A stretch of DNA of 62,299 bases from an uncultured Clostridia bacterium. Its GTDB lineage: Bacteria; Bacillota; Clostridia; Christensenellales; Borkfalkiaceae. The notes under the pieces were generated by a model. The model was given only the letters and a program-made list of their open reading frames with translations, did not search any database and was not told where the DNA came from. A program made the translations under genes and the position numbers. Where the stretch lies: assembly GCA_947587085.1 (NCBI GenBank), contig CANPXX010000001.1, positions 1 to 62,299 on the forward strand, in the 5' to 3' direction. Each line of letters begins with the position of its first letter. Position 1 is the stretch's first letter. This document shows positions 9,501 through 15,688 of this stretch, piece after piece.

Positions 9501-10117
9501 CCGCGTACGCCGTCCGAGGAGCGGCGGTTGTGGATCATGAGCACGCTCGTGTCGCCGCTCTCCGTCTGCTTGTCCGCGTCATGCAGCCCCGGACCGCCTT
9601 CCACTTCGTGGAGGTATTGCACGTCCTCGAAGTCGATGGAGTAGGTATAGTCGGAGTACAGCGAGAAGTCGCTCGCGGAGGAGACGGAGCTCTCCTTGTA
9701 GAAGGAGAGACGGTCGTAGGCGGTGACCGCCTCGTCCGTCCAGTTGGCGAGGGCGTCCTCGGGCGAGGTGAGCGGACGTCCCGACTTGGAGAGATAGTCC
9801 CACTCGGTCACGTCCACGATGCCCGAGGCGGTGTCCGAAGAGGGGGAGCCTGAGGTGAACGACCAGCTCGTGGGGGAGTTGATGAGGTCGAGCTTCTTGG
9901 TGACGTCCTCCTCGTCCATCTCGTCGTAGAACTCGAAATTGCCGTTTTTGAGAAGTTGGGTATCGGTGGCGGAGGAGGTGGAGGACTCCGTCTCCTCTTC
10001 CTCCGCGGGCGCCTCGGCGCAGGCGGCGAACACGCCGAGCGTGAGGGCGGCGGAGAGTGCGGCGGCGACTGCGAGAGCGCGCCGCTTTCCCTTTCCCGTT
10101 CTGATAAATCTTGCCAT
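6503..10117 (-). CDS. Large acidic cell-surface protein with putative lipoprotein signal and C-terminal TM anchor
   Basis: Start MARFIRTGKGKRRALAVAAALSAALTLGVFAAC is a signal peptide with a lipobox-like FAAC. At least four strand-rich segments look like jelly-roll/CBM modules (LKNGNFEF..., ...VWVKTSNL, ...FFVKTSDL, ...RVKLSANAKAYLYL, ...SFLVNTGAEAKSYRLELWAG). C-terminal TM is VWLLISSGVLAFVLVFVIIAVAV, followed by a Lys- and Ala/Pro-rich tail. Confidence 0.75.
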   Translation of the reverse strand: MARFIRTGKGKRRALAVAAALSAALTLGVFAACAEAPAEEEETESSTSSATDTQLLKNGNFEFYDEMDEEDVTKKLDLINSPTSWSFTSGSPSSDTASGIVDVTEWDYLSKSGRPLTSPEDALANWTDEAVTAYDRLSFYKESSVSSASDFSLYSDYTYSIDFEDVQYLHEVEGGPGLHDADKQTESGDTSVLMIHNRRSSDGVRGTAQYYTSGTTITVPSGGAAEISVWVKTSNLYHYASGNDVEVEKRGGAYIGVTNTVGGTTLDQLQIRNINTKNVTENNGWKQYTVYVRANTFAATTFRIVLGLGQGNSDDRYDAVDGYAFFDDVTCKLISDAAFAEKTNGVTTVGIEDRGDARKFDAVDRTTGAFGESTFALDLKTDLSAFTPEPTELKLTADSADSKFNSAYIDSSLGDNRTDETVPETRRSVLGVFSLAQLRATDNGYLKNIVEEDFAKFPFANTDGILTLLSTNGAAYTAVLPDRTLAPHTRELVSFFVKTSDLRSGASGAGAVLVDGENKTAISPFNSTTVAKVDIDLDDEELTDIYDGWVRCIFFVENDTNDDKTYHLELTYGPTAIEGTDRGDYCDGYAAFANFETSSMSKKLYGYAATGSYMQKVSLTANVKDSSSFDAAAASGTRIEDGLARPANYMGVLAGSRVLDRDGAPNPSASELARTLGVYTGLLSSEYVKNYRDAYKAAPEDETTRWMGALNALASEDATDDAWWTEVFGNKGTRADAAYQPLVILNTSDKASPSYGFFASNATFSANTATRITVRVKLSANAKAYLYLTDVSDLEEGFGNRLSPTLPSVTYWYDDEGNITAKDPSSSDYNAKTDILYYLEENGLYTKAGANDNVYYANLKNFKTDDEGNKTTADGTIAFYGKQTESGTLYYAYKDETTGALTQEVKDLPADAGVRYNYSSALPETVLTVQGSDVGSDGWVTVSFLVNTGAEAKSYRLELWAGARDDAEGLPAGGYVFFDRCSTSTVDNYSDLLSAAESALLKDEANRAPDPADPSATLKDRLKEELALYYTFTFFDSPDYLRYDKTTDEDNLGDPWGSYVQSAYEEGIAYLFCADPDGSVLKANPSYTMFVSFAENEKTVTPDELGGDDTPDVTEPTQTNPNAPNVWLLISSGVLAFVLVFVIIAVAVRRIWKRTHKNSSKPAKKRVRKTAEKAPKAEAPAPAPAPAPEPEPEAPADENDPYRE

Positions 10118-10193
10118 ATAAACACCTTTTCGCGGAGATACGCGCGGCGCTTGCCGCGCATACCGTTCCTGATTTCGTTGGGATAGCTTCTCT

Positions 10194-10222
10194 ATTTTAA
10201 TATAAATCGACAGGAGAAGCAA
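10194..10222 (-). promoter_or_regulatory. Candidate promoter for the surface-protein gene
   Basis: On the minus strand, TTGCTT (10217-10222), a 17-nt spacer, then TAAAAT (10194-10199). It overlaps the ORF-track TTG start at 10222, which supports ATG 10117 as the real start. Confidence 0.5.
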
Positions 10223-10315
10223 GCTATTTCGCGTTCATTACGGAAAAAAAGGTAAATTTTTTTCAAAGCGGCACAAACTTTTCATGCAAAAGACGGAAAA
10301 GGAGGGAAGGACGGA

Positions 10316-10672
10316 ATGACGGGCGCGGAAAAAGCGAGGCGGATCGCGGGAGGGTGCGCCGTGGGCGCGGCGAACGGACTCTTCGGCGGGGGAGGCGGCA
10401 TGATCGCGGTGCCCGTCCTGCGCGCGGAGGGGATGGAGGCGCGGGCGGCGCACGCCACCGCCATCGCCGTCATTTTGCCCGTCTCGGCGGCGAGCGCCGC
10501 CGTCTATCTCTTTTTGGGGCTGGTGCCCCTCGCGGCGCTCATCCCCGTCGCGATCGGCGTCATGGCGGGCGGGGCGATCGGGGCGCGCCTCCTCGCCCGC
10601 GCGAGCGGGCGCGCCGCCACCTTCCTCTTCGCCTGTCTCATGCTCGCCGCGGGCGTGAGGATGCTCCTCTGA
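10316..10672 (+). CDS. TauE/SafE-family membrane protein, N-terminal half-size unit
   Basis: 118 aa with about 4 TM segments and a Gly-rich motif GLFGGGGGMIAVPVL typical of TauE/SafE repeats. RBS is AAGGAGGG. Confidence 0.7.
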   Translation: MTGAEKARRIAGGCAVGAANGLFGGGGGMIAVPVLRAEGMEARAAHATAIAVILPVSAASAAVYLFLGLVPLAALIPVAIGVMAGGAIGARLLARASGRAATFLFACLMLAAGVRMLL

Positions 10673-11061
10673 TGGCGTTCCTCCTCTACCTGCTCTCGGG
10701 CGTCGCGGGAGGGGTGCTCGGCGGCATGGGGATGGGCGGGGGGACGGCGCTCATCCCTCTCCTCACCCTGCTGTGCGGCATGGAGCAGACGGCGGCGCAG
10801 GGCGTCAACCTCCTCTCCTTCCTCCCCCTGTCGCTCGCGGCGCTCCCCGCGCACCGCCGCAACGGACTGCTGCGGTGCGGACCGCTTCCCTATCTCATCC
10901 CGTCCGCCCTGTGCTGTTCGGTGCTCTTCTCCCTCGCGGCGGCATATCTCCCCGCCGCGGCGCTCCGCCACGGCTTCGGCGTCTTTTTGACCGTCCTCTC
11001 CCTGTTCCAGTTCCGCGCCGCGCTCACGGAGGGGAGGGCACGCCGCCCCCGCGGAAGCTGA
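10672..11061 (+). CDS. TauE/SafE-family membrane protein, C-terminal half-size unit
   Basis: 129 aa with motif GVLGGMGMGGGTALIPLL. Its ATG overlaps the upstream TGA by 1 nt (TGATG). Confidence 0.7.
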   Translation: MAFLLYLLSGVAGGVLGGMGMGGGTALIPLLTLLCGMEQTAAQGVNLLSFLPLSLAALPAHRRNGLLRCGPLPYLIPSALCCSVLFSLAAAYLPAAALRHGFGVFLTVLSLFQFRAALTEGRARRPRGS

Positions 11062-11095
11062 CACGAAAATTTCAAAAATATTTTCAAAAAGGGTA

Positions 11096-11124
11096 TGGAC
11101 AAACCCGCAAAGCTGTGTTAGAAT
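11096..11124 (+). promoter_or_regulatory. Candidate extended -10 promoter for ppx-maf-mreB-like genes
   Basis: TGGACA, a 17-nt spacer, then TGtTAGAAT. An alternative TATAAT at 11134-11139 has a poor -35. Confidence 0.4.
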
Positions 11125-11210
11125 AGAGACGGTTATAATGTAAGATGGGGAATTTCGGTTGCCCCGTGCGGACGGAGGTCCGCAAATTTTTTCAAGGAGA
11201 GCGGGACGGT

Positions 11211-12725
11211 ATGGAAAAAATCGGAATCATCGATCTCGGTTCCAATTCCGCGCGGCTGGTCATCGTCGATCTGTTCGGCGAAGGACATTTTATGGTGACG
11301 GACGAGCTCAAAGAGAGCGTCCGCCTCGGACAGGACATGGACAGAGACGGCTTTTTGAAGCCGCAGCGGGTGGCGGAGACCATCAAGACGCTCAAAATGT
11401 TTAAGCGTCTGTGCGACGCGTCGGGCGTGGAGCGCATCATCGCCGTGGCGACGGCGGCGGTCCGCCGCGCCAAGAACCAGCGCTCCTTCCTCGACGAGAT
11501 TCAGGCGACGTGCGGCATCCGCGTGGACGTGCTCTCCGAGGACGAGGAGGCGGCGCTCGTCTACCGCGGGGTCATCAACTCGATGGACGTGCCCAAGGGC
11601 ATCATCCTCGAGATCGGCGGCGGGAGCACCAAGATCGTCTACTACAACCGCAGGGCGGTCCTGCACCATGTGACGCTCCCCTTCGGCGCGGTCACCCTGA
11701 CCGACCTCTTCTCGGACGACGGGCTCTCTCCCGAGCGGCAGACCGAACGCATCGAGGAATTCTTCACCGAGCAATTCAAGAAGATCGAATGGCTCGCCGA
11801 GGTGGAGCCCGACGCGCAGATGATCGGCGTGGGCGGCTCCTTCCGCAACCTCTACAAGATCAACCGCGTGGTGCGCAAGTATCCGCTCACCACCGTGCAC
11901 AACTACCAGTTCGCCTCGGAGGACTTCCGCGCCGTCTACGATATGGTGCGCGTGCTCGACGTGGAGAAGCGCAAGCGCATCCGCGGGCTCTCGCCCGCCC
12001 GTGCCGACATCATGCCCGCCGCGCTCGCCATCATCAAGGCGTTCACCGACTATCTGCACATCGAGAACTTTACCATCAGCGGGTGCGGACTGCGCGAGGG
12101 GATCATGTTCAACCAGGCGGTCCCCGTCACGCTGGAACGCCCCATAACCGACGTTCTGAGCTATTCGCTCTCCACCCTCGTGCGCTATTACGGGTGCAAT
12201 GCGAGCCATGTGGAGCATGTGGTGCATCTGAGCATCCAGCTCTTCAAACAGCTCCGCGTGCTGCATAAATTCCCGCGAATCTACCTCAAAGTGCTCAAGA
12301 TCGCGGCGAGCCTGCACGACTGCGGGCTGCGCGTGCGCTACTACAACAACCAGAAGCACAGCCGGTACATGATTCTCAATTCGGGCATATACGGCGCGAC
12401 GCACCGCGAGATCGTGCTCGCGGCGTTCGTGGCGGGGTGCCACCGCAAGGAGGACCTCGCGCCCGCCGAATGGGCTCGCTACAAGGACATCGTCAGCGAC
12501 GAAGATCTGGACATCGTGCGCAAACTCGGGGTGCTCCTGCGCATCGGCGAGAGCCTCGACAGGAGCGGGCTGGGCGTCGTCAAGGGCATCAATTGCGACG
12601 TGCTCGGCGATTCCGTCATCATGAAGACGGAGCTCGCGGGCGACGCGTCGCTCGAGATACGGCAGGCGATGGCGGCGAACGCGGAGTTCAAGCGCACCTT
12701 CAAAAAGAATTTGGAGATCCTTTGA
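11211..12725 (+). CDS. Ppx/GppA-family exopolyphosphatase with HD domain
   Basis: N-terminal IDLGSNSARLVI actin-fold phosphatase motif, EIGGGSTK, and a C-terminal HD-type region (LHDCG). RBS AAGGAGA lies 9 nt upstream. Confidence 0.85.
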   Translation: MEKIGIIDLGSNSARLVIVDLFGEGHFMVTDELKESVRLGQDMDRDGFLKPQRVAETIKTLKMFKRLCDASGVERIIAVATAAVRRAKNQRSFLDEIQATCGIRVDVLSEDEEAALVYRGVINSMDVPKGIILEIGGGSTKIVYYNRRAVLHHVTLPFGAVTLTDLFSDDGLSPERQTERIEEFFTEQFKKIEWLAEVEPDAQMIGVGGSFRNLYKINRVVRKYPLTTVHNYQFASEDFRAVYDMVRVLDVEKRKRIRGLSPARADIMPAALAIIKAFTDYLHIENFTISGCGLREGIMFNQAVPVTLERPITDVLSYSLSTLVRYYGCNASHVEHVVHLSIQLFKQLRVLHKFPRIYLKVLKIAASLHDCGLRVRYYNNQKHSRYMILNSGIYGATHREIVLAAFVAGCHRKEDLAPAEWARYKDIVSDEDLDIVRKLGVLLRIGESLDRSGLGVVKGINCDVLGDSVIMKTELAGDASLEIRQAMAANAEFKRTFKKNLEIL

Positions 12726-13288
12726 AAGGGCTGATTCTCGCGAGCGCCTCGCCGCGGCGGCGGGAACTGCTCGCCTCGCTCGGCGTTCCCTTCGAGGTCG
12801 CCGTCTCCCGCTTCGAGGAGCGGGCGGAGGGGCTAACGCCCGCGCAACAGGCGCTCGCCTTTGCGCGCGGCAAGGCGGCGGAGGTATTTTCCCGCTTTCC
12901 CGATCGCCTGGTGCTCGGCGCGGACACCGTCGTCGCCCTCGAGGGGCGGGCGTTCGGCAAACCCGCCGACGAAGAGGAGGCGAAGCGGTTTTTGCGCCTT
13001 CTCAGCGGCAGGACGCATGAAGTTATCACGGGCATCTGCCTGATGGGGTGCGGCAGTCCGCAGGAGGTGTGCGTCACCACCCGCGTGACCTTCCGCGTGC
13101 TCGGCGAAGAGCTCATCGGGCGGTATGTGGCGAGCGGGCTCCCCCTCGACAAGGCGGGCGCCTATGGGATACAGGACGGATATCCCCTCGCGGAGCGGTG
13201 CGAGGGGAGTTATTCCAACGTCGTCGGGCTTCCGCTCGACGAGACGCGCGCCCTGCTCGAACGGGCGCGAAAAGGAGAGATATGCTGA
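12722..13288 (+). CDS. maf: Maf-like nucleoside triphosphate pyrophosphatase
   Basis: LILASASPRRRELL...GADTVV...GKP...AGAYGIQ. TTG start overlaps the ppx stop. Confidence 0.85.
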   Translation: MKGLILASASPRRRELLASLGVPFEVAVSRFEERAEGLTPAQQALAFARGKAAEVFSRFPDRLVLGADTVVALEGRAFGKPADEEEAKRFLRLLSGRTHEVITGICLMGCGSPQEVCVTTRVTFRVLGEELIGRYVASGLPLDKAGAYGIQDGYPLAERCEGSYSNVVGLPLDETRALLERARKGEIC

Positions 13289-14265
13289 AACTTGCCATCG
13301 ATTTGGGGACTGCGGTCACGAAGATCTACCGCGTCGGGAGCGGCATCGTGCTCGCCGAGGCGACCTGCGTCACCGTGGATAAGACGACGCAGGAGATCCG
13401 CGCCTTCGGCGACGAGGCGAAGCGTCTCCTCGGAAAGACGGCGGACACCGAGGTGTCCTTCCCCGTCTGCGAGGGGGAGATCGTCAACGAGCGGCACGCG
13501 GGCGCCCTTCTCGAATATTTTCTCGCCAAGACGGCGCGCCGACGGTTCGGCGTGGAGGCGCTCTTCTGCGTGCCCTGCGGGTGCAGTACGGAGTCGCGGG
13601 AGCGGTACTACCGCGTGGCGAAGGCGGCGGGCATCTCCCGCGTGGACTTCGCCGAGACGCCCTATCTCGCCGCCCTCGGGCACGACGTCCCGCTCTCCGA
13701 GAGCAACCCCGTGTTCGCGATGGACGTGGGCGCGGGCAAGACGTCCGCCGCGACCTTCTCGCTGGACGGGGTGATCGCGGGGCTCAGCATGAATGTGGGC
13801 GGCAACAATATGGACATCCACATCATCGACCATATCGCGGATCTGTACAACCTCAAGATCGGCATGCTCACGAGCGAGAAGCTGAAAAATTCGGTGGGGA
13901 GCCTCATCGAGAACGACTACCAGAGCACCCTCGTCAACGGGCAGGACATCACGACGGGCAAGCCGCGCACGGTGACCGTCACGTCGGCGGACATTTTGTT
14001 CCCCATCCGCACCTATGTGGACAAAATTCTGGAGTATGCGGAACTCACGCTCCGCAAGTTGCCCGCGGAGGTGTCGGCGGCGATGTGCAAGAACGGCGTC
14101 TTTTTAGCGGGCGGGGTGTGCTCGATCGCGGGATTTGCCGACTACGTCTCCGATAAATTGCAGATGGAGGCGCATCTCGCGAAGGATTCTCTGACCGCCG
14201 TCGTGCTCGGCGGCGGAAGGGTGGTCGGCAACGCCGCGCTGATGAAGCGCATCTGCCTCGGATAG
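13282..14265 (+). CDS. Divergent MreB-like actin-fold protein
   Basis: 327 aa collinear with MreB (DLGTAVTKIY, FCVPCG.S..ER, MDVGAGKTS, LAGGVCSIAGF). The phosphate-binding motifs deviate from canonical DLGTANT and DIGGGTTE. Confidence 0.65.
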   Translation: MLKLAIDLGTAVTKIYRVGSGIVLAEATCVTVDKTTQEIRAFGDEAKRLLGKTADTEVSFPVCEGEIVNERHAGALLEYFLAKTARRRFGVEALFCVPCGCSTESRERYYRVAKAAGISRVDFAETPYLAALGHDVPLSESNPVFAMDVGAGKTSAATFSLDGVIAGLSMNVGGNNMDIHIIDHIADLYNLKIGMLTSEKLKNSVGSLIENDYQSTLVNGQDITTGKPRTVTVTSADILFPIRTYVDKILEYAELTLRKLPAEVSAAMCKNGVFLAGGVCSIAGFADYVSDKLQMEAHLAKDSLTAVVLGGGRVVGNAALMKRICLG

Positions 14266-14280
14266 ATCGCTCCTATAAGA

Positions 14281-14310
14281 CCCGCTTGCTGTTCGGCAGG
14301 CGGGTTTTTT
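14281..14310 (+). terminator. Intrinsic terminator after the MreB-like gene
   Basis: Stem cccgcttgc/gcaggcggg followed by TTTTTT. Confidence 0.7.
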
Positions 14311-14386
14311 CGCGCGCGCAAACGCGCGCAAAACGGTTAAACAGAACGAATTATTGAAATACATACCCTCGATTTATCAAAATTGC

Positions 14387-14417
14387 TTGACGTGCAGGGG
14401 GGGGGTCATGGTACAAT
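14387..14417 (+). promoter_or_regulatory. Candidate promoter of the 17-kb operon (extended -10, G9 tract in the spacer)
   Basis: TTGACG (14387-14392), a 19-nt spacer containing G9, then TGgTACAAT (-10 at 14412-14417). Confidence 0.5.
14397..14405 (+). repeat. G9 homopolymer tract
   Basis: gcaGGGGGGGGGtcatgg read directly from the sequence. It lies between the putative -35 and -10. Confidence 0.95.
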
Positions 14418-14424
14418 GCTGTAT

Positions 14425-15129
14425 ATGAGTCTCTGGATCATCTGGTTCGTCATGGGCATATGCTTTGTGGCGGTATTCGCGGTCATGGTATTCCCCAAGC
14501 TCATGCTCCGCACCTATGCGGCGACGCTCCCCGTCCGCGACCGCACCGTCGGCAGGGAGACGGACGGGCACGGCGAAGTCCTCGTCTGCGAGCCCTCCGC
14601 CCTGTCGCGGCGGTACATCCGTTCGTACCGCGTGGGGCGGGACAAGGAGGGCATGTATTTCCGCGGCGAGCGGGCGAAGCGCGCCGCCTTTCTCGCGTAC
14701 GATCTCATCGTGTTCGGCGCCTCCAATACCATCTTGCAGATTCTGCACGTCAAAGAGAAGTTCAATTCCGACCCCTTCACCGAGACGGTGCGCCTTCCCA
14801 AGCGCACCGACCTTGTGATTCTGCGGGTGGTGTGCGCGGACGACACGCCCTTCCCGCCCGAGCGCCGTCCCTTCAACGCGCGCTATGCGCTTTGGCTCAC
14901 CCTGCTCTCGCTCAGTCTCGCCTTTACGGTGGACCTCTTTCTTTGGCTGTGCGTCACCTTCGCATGCCGCATCCTTGACCGTTTCACCATGACGGTCTCG
15001 CTGCCCCTCTCTTCGTGGGCGGCGCTTCTCGGGGTGACCGCCCTCGCCGTCGTCGCGGTCTGCTGGGCGGTCTCGCTCGCGCGCTTTTTCCTGTTGCGCG
15101 GAAGGGGGAAGGATGAAAACGGTCGCTAA
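14425..15129 (+). CDS. Hypothetical membrane protein (first gene of the operon)
   Basis: N-terminal TM SLWIIWFVMGICFVAVFAVMVF, a soluble middle region, and C-terminal TM helices. The start is chosen downstream of the putative -10; the ORF track starts at TTG 14383. Confidence 0.55.
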   Translation: MSLWIIWFVMGICFVAVFAVMVFPKLMLRTYAATLPVRDRTVGRETDGHGEVLVCEPSALSRRYIRSYRVGRDKEGMYFRGERAKRAAFLAYDLIVFGASNTILQILHVKEKFNSDPFTETVRLPKRTDLVILRVVCADDTPFPPERRPFNARYALWLTLLSLSLAFTVDLFLWLCVTFACRILDRFTMTVSLPLSSWAALLGVTALAVVAVCWAVSLARFFLLRGRGKDENGR

Positions 15130-15688
15130 ACGGTTACCCTATCCGGGCGGGTTCCCCGTCTATCTCTCGCGGTACGTCCTCTTTCCCGAGGGGTGTCGGG
15201 TCGCCCTGCGCTTTTTCAACGCGAGCGAGACGGAGTTCACGGGCGTGCGCTTTCTGCTCGTGGAGAAGGGGGCGGACGGAAGCGAGATCGCCTCGCGCAC
15301 GGTGGAGCGGCGGGGGCTGTCCGCCGAGCGCGGGCGGGAGTTCTCCCTGCCCGACGAGCCCGTGAGCGAGGGCTGCGCCGAAGTGGAGGCGCGGCTCATC
15401 GCCGCCCTCTCCGACGGCTACGAATATTGCGTGGAGGGGAGCGAAGTCATTCTCCGCTACGGGGAGGAGGCGCCCCCCGCCGAGCGGGAGATTTCCTTCA
15501 CCGAGCCCCCCTCCCATTCCGTCTCCAAGCGGTACAAATGGGTGGTCCTGTTCTCGCTGTGCGCGGTGCTCGGGCTCGCCCTCGTGGCGGCGGGATCTGC
15601 ATGGTTTTTCGGTATTTTCGATTCTCTCCTGCCGCAGCCCGACGGCGCGGCGGAGACGGGAACGGTCACGGAATATGTTGAAGCATAG
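15113..15688 (+). CDS. Hypothetical protein with C-terminal TM anchor
   Basis: 191 aa with a C-terminal TM (WVVLFSLCAVLGLALVAAGSAWFF). It overlaps the upstream gene by 17 nt and the downstream gene by 14 nt. Confidence 0.55.
   Translation: MKTVAKRLPYPGGFPVYLSRYVLFPEGCRVALRFFNASETEFTGVRFLLVEKGADGSEIASRTVERRGLSAERGREFSLPDEPVSEGCAEVEARLIAALSDGYEYCVEGSEVILRYGEEAPPAEREISFTEPPSHSVSKRYKWVVLFSLCAVLGLALVAAGSAWFFGIFDSLLPQPDGAAETGTVTEYVEA

Noticed and set aside
6650-9853. 1067-aa ORF on the plus strand
   Set aside because: It lies antisense to the surface-protein gene. The composition is repetitive and G/R/V/E-rich, with no motifs, so it is a shadow ORF.
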